Made by a program: the position numbers and the translations under genes. Below the pieces are notes generated by a model that had not been told where the DNA came from, ran no database searches, and saw nothing but the letters and a program-made list of their open reading frames with translations. A stretch of 63,780 nt of DNA, filler included, from Chiloscyllium plagiosum (lineage: Eukaryota), in the NCBI RefSeq assembly GCF_004010195.1. It is 4 parts of one record of this genome, joined end to end, with 100 filler letters (N's around TTAATTAATTAA, not from the genome) between each part and the next. Parts side by side here need not be neighbours in the genome. Positions count along the whole stretch, not along the records: positions 23,934 to 41,991 come from NC_057711.1; 3 more parts are not named here. One strand, written 5' to 3'. Of this stretch, positions 26,101-38,100 are shown one piece after another. Every line of letters starts with the position of its first letter. Position 1 is the stretch's first letter.

Positions 26101-29100
26101 ACCGATATGTCTGGAGTTTAAAAGATGCGGAATGAGCTCATCGAGACATCAAAGATTCTGATAGGGTTTGATTGGGTAGGATCCAGGGGCACAGTCTCAA
26201 GATAAGCAGCCAACTATTTACAATCAAGATAACGGAGAAATTTCTTCACTCAGCCTGTTGTGAATATTTGCAATTTTCTACTCTAGAGTGTTTTGAATGC
26301 TTCATCATTCAAAATATTTAAGGGTGAGACACATAAATCTTTGCTCATTCATGGAGTTGAGATAAATGGGGAGCAGGCAAAAGTGTCAAATTAGAACAGA
26401 GAACATAAAACGTTAGAGCACAGGACAGGCCCTTCAGTCCTTGATGTTGCACCGACCTGTGAAATAATCTGATGCCAATCTAACCTACACTGTTCCATTA
26501 TTATCCACATGTATGCCCTTCACATTGGTGAGCCTACTACTGTTGCAGGCAGGCCGTTCCATGCCCCTCTGAGTAAAGAAGCTACTCCTACTATCTGTCC
26601 TGAATCCATCACCCCTCACTTTAAAGCTATGCCCCTCATGTTAGCCTTCACCACCTGAGGAAAATGTTTCTCACTCTCCACCCTATCTCATCCTCTGATT
26701 ATCTTATATGTCTTGATTAAGTCACCTCTCAACCTTCTTCTCTCCAACAAAAATAACCTGAATTCCCTTAGCCTTTCTTCACAAGATCTTCCTTCCATAC
26801 CGAGTGACATTCTGGTAAATCTCCTCTGAACCCTGTCCAAAGCATCCACATCCTTCCCATAATGCGGTGACCAGAACTGCACACAATACTTCAGGTGCGA
26901 CCTTACCAGTGTCTTGTACAGCTGAAGTATGACCTCATGGCCCCGAAACTCAATCCCCCTACCAATAAACGTCAACACACCATATGTCTTCTTAACAACC
27001 CTATTAATCTGGGTAACAACTTTCAGGGATTTATGCACCTGGACACCAAGATCTCTTTGTCATCTACACTGCCAAGAATTTTACCATTAGCCCAGTACTC
27101 TGCATTCCTCTTACTACTTCCGAAGTGCACTTCCTCACATTTTTCTGCACACAACTCTGCCTACTTTAGTGTCAAGTTCAAATTTACTAACCCATCCTTC
27201 TATGCCCACATCCAGATCATTTATAAAAATGACAAACAGTAGTGGCCCCAAAACACATCCTTGTGGTACACCACTGGTAACTGAGCTCCAGGATAAACAT
27301 TTCCCATCAGCCACCTCCCTCTGTCTTCTTTCAGCTAGCCAATTTCTGATCCAAACCGCTAAATCACCTTCAATCCCGAAACTCCGTATTTTGTGCCGTT
27401 GCCTACCGAGTGGGACATTATGAAACGCCTGACTGAAGTCCATGTACACCATGTCAACTACTTTGCCTTCATTCACCTGTTTTGTCACCTTCTTGAAGAA
27501 CTAAATAAGGTTAGCGACACATGGCCTACCTTTCACAAAACCATGGTGACTATCCCTAATCAAAGTATTCTTTTCCAGATGATTTTAAATCCTATCTCTT
27601 ATAACTTTTTCCAACCCCTTACCCACAACCTAGGTAAGGCTCACTGGCAAATAATTACCAGGATTGTCCCGACTCCCCTTCTTAAACAAGGGAACAACAT
27701 TTGCTATCCTCCAGTCTTCTGGCACTACTCCTGTTGACAACGATGACTTAGAGATCGAAGCCAAAGGCTCTGCAATCTCCTCCCTGGTTTCCCAGAGAAT
27801 CCGAGGATAAATCCCATCCGGCCCAAGGGTTTTATTTATTTTCAGATCTTCCAAAATTGCTAAAACCTCATCTTTGAGAAAGTGAGGACTGCAGATGCTG
27901 GAGATCAGAGCTGAAAAATGTGTTGCAGCAGGTCAGGCAGCATCCAAGGGGCAGGTGAATCGACGTTTTGGGTATAAGCCCTGAAGAAGGGCTTATGCCC
28001 AAAACATCAATTCTCCTGCTCCTTGGATGCTGCCTGACCTGCTGCGCTTTTCCAGCAACACATTTTCAGCTAAAACCTCATCTTTGTCAACCTCAGTCCC
28101 ATCTAATCTGGTTGCCTGTATCTCCGTATTCTCATTAACATTGCCCTTTTCCAATGTGAATACTAACAAAAAATATTCATGAAGCGCTTCCCCTATGTCC
28201 TCAGATTCCATAACATTCCCCGACTATCTTTGATTGGCCAAAATCTTACTCCAGTCATTTTTTTATTTCTGATTTACCTATAGAAGGCCTTAGGATTTTC
28301 CTTGATCCTATCCATCAACAACTTTTCATGTCCCCTTCTGGCTCCTCTTTGCCCTCTCTTTAGATCTTTCCTGGCTAACTTATAACTCTTAATCTCCCTA
28401 ACTGAGCCTTCATGCCTCACCCTCACATAAGCCTTCTTCATCATCTTGACAAGAGCTTCAACCTCTTTAGTAAACCATAGCTCCCTCTCTCGACAACTAC
28501 CTCCCTGCCTGTTAGGTACATCCTTATCAAGGACACGCAGTGGCTGTTCCTTGAATAAGCTCCACATTTCAAGAGTGTCCATCTCCTGCAGTTTCCTTTG
28601 TCATCCTATGCATCGAAAATCTTGCCTAATAGCATCACAATTGCCTTTCCCCCAGTTACACCTCTTTGCCTGCCATATATACCTATCCCTGCCTATTGCT
28701 ATTGTAAACATAACCGAATTATGGTCCCTATAGCCAAAGTAATCACCTACCTCCAAATCTATCACCTGGCCGGATTCATTCCCAGTACCAAATCTAATGT
28801 GGCCTCGCCCTTTGTTGGTCTTTCCACATACTGTTCAGAAGACCCTTCTGTACACATTGAACAAAAACTGACCCATCTTAACTGCTTGAACTTTAGTATT
28901 CCCAGTCAATATTGGAGAAGTTAAAGTCCCCCATAACAACTACTCTGTTGCTCTCGCTCCTATCGAGAATCATCTTTGCTATCTTTTCCTCTACACCCAT
29001 GGAACAAATTGGAGGCCTATAGAAAACTCCCAATGGCGTGACCTCTCCTTTCCTGTTTCTAACCTTAGCCCAAACTACCTCACTGGATGAGTCCTCAAAT

Positions 29101-32100
29101 GTTATCTCAGCTGCTGTAATACCACCCTTGACTAAAAATGCCACATCCCCATCTCTTTTACCAACTTCTCTGTTCTTGCTGAAACATCTAAATGCTGGAA
29201 CCTGCAACAACCATTTCTGTCGCTTCTCTAGCCATGTCTCTGAAATGGCTACAACATCGAAATCCCAGGTACCAACCCATGCTGCAAGTTCACCTGCCTT
29301 ATTCCGGATGCTCCTGGTATTGAAGTACATATATTTCAAACCAACATGCTGGTTGCCAGCATCTTCTCATGACCTTGTAAACCTATCCCTGACCCCACTA
29401 CCCTCAACTTCCTGTACACTGGAAATACAATTCAGGTTCCCATTGAGGAAGAAGAGCTAGCATAAGTATACTGCGTGGCAGAGCAGAGCTAAGGGTGTAC
29501 TCTTGTTTCTGCTTTCATACACTGCTATCAAGACTGAAACTAGTTTTATTTTATTTCAGATTTAGTAACGTAATTAAATGCTCCCCTCCCTTTTATTACT
29601 TAGTTGGGATTTGAACACATGCCTTTCAAGCATTTGTTTGGATTAATTCAGCTGACATTTACCACCATATTACCTTGTTATCTCCAACTGCTCCCAAAAC
29701 TCAGAGGTTATGGGGAAGAAGAGGGAAAAACATTATGCATCATTACCTGTCCAGAGCAGCTACCTTCAGTCAATTTGACATTTTTCACACCTGCATTGCA
29801 CGTTTTAATTGTGTTGGAAACTGGGAAAAAAAACAGAATAGTTATTATTTACAGAATTACAGCCAATTTTATAAACAAATGGATTTTATCCAATAGCTGA
29901 ACAAAAGCTGAAGCTCTGATGAGGGGAGCTGATACTCAGTAAATATGATTGGAATTTTCACATTGAGATTTTCAGGATTAAGAAATAAGTATTCACAAAA
30001 TGTAATATTAATTCTTGTATTATAAGAGGTTTAACATGTGGCATTAACACAATATAGCAAATCCCAAAGACTGATGCCCCACTGAGTTAAGAAACTTGTC
30101 ATCTCAGCCTTAAATGGCCTACCTTCTTTTTCGAGACAATATACCCTGGTTCCAGACTCAGCTGCTCGGAGAAACATCCAATCTACATTCACATTTCTGC
30201 TCTTGTAAGAATTATTTTAGCTTTCAATGGTACTAGGAACATAGGAACCTCAGGAGGCCCATTCAGCCTCTCAAGCCTGCTCCTCCATTCTATAACATCA
30301 TGGCTGAAACATGGCCTAACTTGATATGCCTGCCTTGGGCTCATATCCCCTGAAACCCATGCTTAATAAAGACTTGTCTATCTTAGATTTAAGTTTAACT
30401 TTTGAGTGAGCAGCCACTGCTATTTGAGGAAGAGAATTCCAAACCTTTACTACTCTTTGCTTATGGGAGTGCTTTCTAACATCTCTCCTGAATGGCTTGG
30501 TCCTAATTATTAGACCATGCCCCGATTCTAGAATCTTCAACTAGTGTAAACAGTTTAATTTTATCCAACCTGTCAATATCATAGAAACCCCACAGAAAGA
30601 GGCCATTTGGCCTATCCAGTCTGCACTGACCCTGTGAAGAGCATCCCTGCCAGACCCCTCCATTATCCCCATAACCCCACATTTATCACGACTAATCCAC
30701 GAAGTCTGCACATCCCTGGACATTAGGGACAATCTAGCATAGTCAATCCACCTAACTTGCACATCTTTGGACTGAGGGAAGAAACTGGAGTACCTGGAGG
30801 AACCACAAACACAGGGAGAATGTGCAAACTCCATAAAGCCAGTTACCTGAGGGTAGAATTGAACCTAAGTCCCTGGTACTGTGAGGCAGCAGTGCTAACC
30901 ATTGAGCCACTGTGCCACACCAGCAACATCCTGAAAACCGCAATAAAATCACTCCTTAACTTTCTAGAGGGCGACACGGTGTCTCAGTTAGTGGTGAGTC
31001 CATCAGTGATAGGTTACGTGGATTGGCCATAGCAAATGCAGGGTTATGGAGATAGGGTTGCATCTGGGTTTTGACATGATGATCTTTCAAGGTTCAGTCA
31101 ACTAGGAGAAAGTGAGGTCTGCAGATGCTGAAGATCAGAGTCAAGAGTGTGATGCTGGAAAAGCATAGCAGGTCAGGCAGCATCTGAGTAACAGAGCCCT
31201 GGCCTGAAACGTTGATTCTCCTGCTCCTCGGATGCTGCCTGACCTGCTGTGCTTTTCCAGCACCACACTCTAGACTTTCAAGGTTCAGTGCCAAGTCAAT
31301 GGGCCAAATGACCTCTCTCCACACTGTAATGATTCTAAGATTCTAAACTCTAGGGAATAAAGGCCTAATTTATCTAATCTCTCCTCATAATGTAACCCCT
31401 GAAATCCAGGTACAATCCTTTTAAGCCTGTGTTGAACTCCCTCCAGGACCAAACCATTCATTCTTAATCTGCTCACAGTACTCTAAGTGGGATCGAACCA
31501 GGGTTTCAGATAACTGCAGATTCAGTTCTGCATTCCAATACTCCAGCCCTTTAGATATGAAGGCCAGCACTCCATTAACTTGCTTGACTATTTTCAGCAT
31601 CTATTAGTGGCATTTTAAAGAGCTATGCACCTGAACCCCCAAATCATGTTGGATATTCACTTATTTATCCCTGTGCCTTTTTAAGGATACCTTGATCTAT
31701 CCTTGTCCGGTCTGAAATGGATAACATCACCCTTGCTTATATTAAAATCCATCTGACTCAGCTTTGCCCATTCACCTAATCTATCAGTATCCTCTTATAA
31801 CTTTATGCTCTTGTCAACTCTGTCCCCATCATACAACCTCAGTATCCCGACCCTGCCTTCTCTTTAGCTACAAGGGCAAGATCCAGTTCCCTCTTGAACA
31901 TATCTAACAAACTGGCCCCAATGGCTTCCTGTATTAGAGAATTCTACAGGTTTACAATGCTCTGAATGAAGAAAGTCTTCCTCATCACAATCCTGAATGA
32001 CTTATCCCCTATTCTCAGACTGTGACCCCTAGTTCTGGACTTCCCCAACATCAGGAACTTTCTTCCCACATCCAGTCTGTCCAGTCCCATCAGGGTTTTA

Positions 32101-35100
32101 TATGGTTCTATGAGATCCCCTCATTCTTCTAAATTCCAGTGAGTACAAGCCCAGTCGATCCAGTCTTTCCTCACATGTCAGTCCTGCCATCCTGCCATTA
32201 TGAAGACCAGCATGCCAATAGCTTTCCTCACTGCCTGCTGCACCTGCGTGCCAACCTTCAGTGACTGTTCCACCATGACATCCAGGTCTCATCGCATCTC
32301 ACCTTTTTCTAAACTGCCACCATTCAGATAATAATCTGCCTTCCTGTTTTTGCCACCAAGTAGATCACCTCACATTTATCCACATTATTCTGCATTTGCC
32401 AAGTATTTGCCCACTCTGCCAGTCTGTTCAAGTCACCCTGCAGCCCCTTAGCATCCTCCTCACAGCACACACTGCCACCCAACTTAATGTCATCTGTAAA
32501 TGTGGAGATATTGCATTCAATTCCGTTGTCCAACTCATTAATGTAAATTGTGAACAGCTGGGGTCCCAGCACTAAACCCGACAGCACCCCACCCATCACT
32601 GCCTGCCTCTCTGAAACTAATCCATTTTTTAGAGTCATAGAGTCCTATAACATGGAGACAGGCCCTTTGGCCCAAACTATCATCCCTTATTATTCCTGCT
32701 AACCCCATTTCCCTGCACTTGGCCCATATCCATCTTAACCTTTCCTCTCCATCCATTTGTCCAAATACCTTTTTTAAAAAACTTTTTTTCAATAAAAATA
32801 TTTATTAAGTTTTTTACAAAATTAGAAAACCATACACAGAAACAGAAAAAGAAGAAAATAACCCTATAAAAACTACAGTTCAATAAATAACCAAGGAGAA
32901 AGAAGAAAAAATAAATACAGACGAAATAAAATTAAACCAAGTTATAACAAGGTAACTTAATGATATTCAATTAAATTACTGTACTCAGTGCAATCTCAAC
33001 ACAGCTCCCCACCACTGGGAGCAATAGTGTAGATCCATATTTGTTCGGGATTCTTTCTCCCAGAGGCCCCCAAACCAACAGACACAGTCCTCACGGCTAG
33101 ACAAAGGCCCTGAATAATATAGCCAGTATATCTACATCAATATCATTCAAAAAGGGCTGTCATGTTCTGTGAATCAGTTCCGTTTTCTGGTGCACCATAT
33201 TTGTAAGGATGTGCGGGGGATGTCTCCTACGACTATCCTGTGCCAACTCGAGAATCCTGGGGGATTCTCTGACACCCAGCTCATTAGAATATTCTTCCTC
33301 GCGCAAAAGGAAAGGATATTACAAAATTTCTTCCCATGTGCATCCAGGGAGGGAAGATTTGGGAGACCCAAAAGGAGGGATACCGGATCCAAGCTAACCT
33401 CAGTTCCCAAAACCTTTACCAAAACATCCCAATACCTGCGGATCTTGTGGCCTGACCACAAGCAGTGAGTAAGAGTACCAACGTCTGTTTTGCACTTAGG
33501 GCACACTGGGGACACTCCTGTCTTGAATTTCACAAGCCCGTTCTGGTGCCAGGTAAGCCCTATGGAGTACCTTCAGTTGAATAGCCTGGGTCCTATTACA
33601 AATCGAGATCTTCCTAACATTTTCCCAGATATCCTCCCACATCTCTGAGGAGATTTCCACCCCTGATTCTTGAGTCCAGGTTTTATATAGCCGTTCAATG
33701 TCCTTCGAAACATTACTAACAAGTGATAGAGAGTGCTAACCGAGAGGGCACCCATTAACCACTCTCCTCTCCATGTCCAATTTGTAGGGATTAACCATCA
33801 ATGTCGTCTTTTTTTGTACAAAGTCTATAACCTGGAAGTAATGAAAGAGATCCTTCCTAGCCCGCGCGAACTTCTGTCTCAGCTGTTCGAAGGACATCAT
33901 GACCTCCCCGTCAAATAGATCTCCCAAACAGGAGATCCCTCTAGACTCCTAGAGCTTAAAACCAGAGTCCATTGAACCCGGCTGGAATCCTGACACTCCC
34001 ACTATGGGGGTGAAAGGGGAAGTTTTTTTGTAAATTGCCCTCGCCCTATCACATTATTCTTCATGCTTTAACTGTGTTTAGGACAATCGGGTTTTTACAG
34101 TGATCCATAGCAGTCCTCATCTTGTCTATAAACAAAAAATTAATGAGAGGGCATTTTTTTCTGGGAGGCCTCAGTGTCTTAGCCAAATTGATCGTGGATC
34201 GTGACAGGCCCATTCAGCCATATAGGATAACAAGAAACTCAATTGGTACTTCCTAAAGTCTGGAAAATTTAGACCCCCCCCACCCCCTTTTGTGGAATCT
34301 GCAATTTATCCAGCTTAATAACAGGCTGTCGATGATGCCAAATAAAAGATCCAAGCCAGCTATAAAGCCTGAGCAATGTTTGCCTTGGCAGCATCAAGAG
34401 GAGCATTCCCATGGGAAATAATAGGTGAGGAAGAACATTCATCTTGACCAGAGCTACCCTGCCCAAACAATATATCGGAAGATCTTCCCAATGCCAAAGG
34501 TCCTGCCTGATTTTCTCTAGCAGCTGCTCATAATTGGCTTTAAATAATTGATCGAAAACCAGGGTAATAAAAATGCCTAAATACAGAAAACCTCCCTGCA
34601 GCCACCGAAAGGGGAAACGGGTTCCACCCCCAAAGCTGGACATATTGGTAAGACCCCCCATAGGCATGGCCTCTGATTTCATGAAATTAATTTTATACCC
34701 TAAAAACAAACCAAATAGATTAATTATCTGTATTAAGTGGGGCACAGATGTCATTGGATCGGTAATTTTATGCCTGCCAGACCCTACCTCCGGGGCAGTT
34801 ATATTGGGTCTGTCCAGATGGCTTCCACCAGTGGCTCGATCACCAGTGTAAATAGTAATGGGGAGAGAGGGCACCCTTGATGGCAGCCCCTGCCAACTCT
34901 AAAACTATCGGACCTTATACCATTATAAGCACCGCTGCTTTTGGATCACTATACAGCACTGCCACCCATTTGGTAAAAACCTCTCCAAGGCCAAACCGTT
35001 CCATGATATAAAAGAGATACGTCCACTCCACCTAATCAAATGCTTTGTCTGCAACCACAGAGACTACCAAACCCGGGATTGCTCTTCGCTGACATATTTG

Positions 35101-38100
35101 GACCATATTTAATATTTTTCTAATATTATTGGTAGACCTACGACCCTTAATAAAACCCGTCTGGTTCTCCTTTACAATAAAAGGCAATACCCTCTCCAGC
35201 TTTAACAACAGGATTTTAAAATCCACGTTCAATAACGATATGGGCCTGTACGACATGCAAACTGCTCGAGCTTTTCTTTCCTTAAGAATAAGAGAAATAT
35301 TTGCTTCTCTCAAAGAAGATGGGAGGCAGCCCTGACTGAATGAGTAACTGTACATATCCAAGAGTTGCCCGGCCAGCTTGTCCATAACCTTTTTATAAAA
35401 CTCACTTTGAAATCCATCTGGTCCAGGCCCTTTACTGCTCTGGAGCAGCCTCACCGCCTCCCGTACTATTGTCAGGGGGGCACTCAAAAAAGATGCCTGC
35501 TCTGAGGTTACACTTGAAAGGTTCAAGGTCTTAGGTAAACACTCCATCTTCATCATTCTGTCCTCACAGCTCTCCGACTGATACAGCTCAAAATAAAACT
35601 TTCTAAATGCTGCATTAATCTTTTTGGCATTGCAAGCAAGAGTACCAGCACTCTCTCTGATGGATGTAATAGATTGTGGGGGGCATTCCTTCTTCTGGCC
35701 AACTACGCTAGATACCTACCGGCTTATTACCATACTCAAATAACCTCTGTTTCGCAAAAGAGATTTCCCTCTTTGTTGTTTGGGTAAGTGCAGCATTCAA
35801 AGTAGCCCTAAGGGCTGTAATCCCCTGTAATTTAGTTATAGACAGTGTATTAAAATATGCTGACTCAGCCGCCTTCAGGTGAGTCTCGAGCAAACATTGC
35901 TGTTCTCCCCTCTGTCGTTTCCGGGTCACAGAGTAAGAATTAATTAAACCCCATGCGTAGGCCTTGGCAGTCTCCCACAGCACTGATGAGTTGCTGGCCG
36001 TGCCTGAATTGATATCTCAAAAAATTTTAAACCCACCATTTCGACTGGGACAACACATCTATCCCGAGACAGGCTAAGCAAAGACATGCCAGAGAATTCA
36101 GAAAACGAACATGAAATGACATCACCACAAACCCCAAGAACCCCATCCAGGACAAACATATAAATAGAAAGCAGGAGACAACAGCTTCGCTTCACTTGGA
36201 GGTTGCCACTGATGATGTTACCTAGCCAGGTAATGAAACATCTGGATATCAAACCTCCAGCTCAGCGAGCAAACCTACACCCTAAATACTGGATATTCAG
36301 GTCCCTCAGCTGCCTTTTTACCTCATCAAATAACTTCCTCTTGTGAAACACGACTGGGGAAAAGCATGATTCCTGATCCTTTATATACCATAGCCTGGGG
36401 ATCATCCCCAGTGCCCTAGAGGCTTCCAACATCATTTGTTTGTCTCTATAATGCTGGAGTTGCTCTAGGACCGGGCGGAGGCACTGGTCCAATCCAGGCT
36501 TGTACACTGCGACTCGGTGGACCCGCTTGACCCGTACCCAACCTACTTCAACCTCCAGCCTGAGAAACTGTGGGAGCCATTGCTCCAGAAAGCTGACAAG
36601 CTGGCCTTCTTCCTCCCATTTGGGAAGCCCCGGCAACCAGATGTTCTTCCAACCACCTCAATTTTTGAGGTCGTCGACCTGCTCTTCCAAGGCCTGCACT
36701 TGCTGTTCCAAGGCCTGAACCCAGCCCACTGGGGATTCGGCTGCAGCCTTGGAATCCGTGGCCCGTTGCTCCCCACCTCCCCACCGCAACACACTGCCTG
36801 AGATGCTGGATCTCCAGGCCATGCCTCTGCAGCATGACCAAGATCGATTCCAGCCTGGCTCGGGTCTCTTCCATCGAGAAGTCGATCTTCTCTTGGAGTT
36901 TTGCAAACTCCGAGATCAGGCTCCACTCTGCAGGTGAGTCCTCTGGGGTGGCTGTGGAGGCCAATGCCGCAGCCACGGGTGGGTCTGTTGCTGTGGGGGG
37001 GGTCCCTGCCTGATATGATCCCATGCTCCTTTCCCCTTAGTCATCTTTTAAACTGCACCAAACTATTCAGAACTGGTGCTAAGTAGTTCCAAGGGTCAGG
37101 AAATAGTTATTTTCAACAAATTGGACAGTGAAGGGAGGGTGAGTGCCCCATTTTGTCTGGGCTCTGGTGCAGAGCTCAGCAAAACAGACCTGCTGGGTCG
37201 CCGCCATCTTGAATCCCCCCCAAAAGCCTTTTTAATGTTGTTAATGTACCCATCTCAACCACTTCCACTGGCAGCTTATTCCATATGTGTACCACCTTCT
37301 GTGTAAAAACGTTGCCCCTCAGGATCCCTTTTATTTTTTTCCCCTCTAACCTTAAACTGACGCCCTCCAGTTATCAACTCTCCAACCCTGGGAAAAAGAC
37401 TGAGTGCACTCCCCATATCCATGCCTCTCATGATCTTATACACTTCAATAAAATCTCCCCTCAGTCTTCTCCACTCTAGCAGTCCTAGCTTGTCCAACCT
37501 CTCCCTATAACTCAGACCTTTAAGTCCTGGCAACACCCTTGTAGATTTCTTCTGCACTTTTTCCATTTTAATAACATCCATCCTATAGCAAGGTGACCAA
37601 AACTGAACCCAATCCTCCAAGTGCAGCCTCACCAATGTCCTGTACTACTGCAATGTAACTTCCCAACTGCTATACCCAGTGCCCTGATTGATGAAGGCCA
37701 CTGTGCTAAATGCCTTCTTCACTGCCCTGTCTACCTGTGACTACACATTCAGAGAACAGTGCATCTAAACTCAAGATCTCTCTGTTCCACAGCACTCCAT
37801 AAGGCCCTACCATTCACTATGAAACTCCTACCTTGATTTGAATTTCCAAAATGCAAGACCTCACACTTATCTACATTAAACGTGGGGCGGCATGGTGGCT
37901 CAGTGGTTAGCACTATAGTCTCACAGCGCCAGGGGCCTCGGTTTGATTCCAGCCTCGGGAAATTGTCTGTGTGGAGTTTGCACATTCTCCCCATGTCTGT
38001 GCGGGTTTCCTCCCACAATCCAAAAAAGCTGTGCAGATCAGGTGGATTGGCCATGCTAAATTGCCCATAATGTTCCGTGCATGAGTCAGAGGAAAATGGG

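Larger units (their letters stand above)
30090..32625 (-). mobile_element. Several decayed CR1 3'/RT fragments with nested SINE and PLE inserts
   Basis: [43 protein letters not shown]...FTDDIK. Confidence 0.8.
32776..37221 (-). mobile_element. L1-clade LINE with both termini; decayed, endonuclease domain and YADD motif missing
   Basis: 5' gggggattcaagatggcggcg start; ORF1 coiled-coil/RRM-like ([20 protein letters not shown]...RPVL); ORF2 [40 protein letters not shown]-terminal CPKC...THCLW; AATAAA and A-rich tail; imperfect TSD caaa(ta/ag)cctttttaa. Confidence 0.9.
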
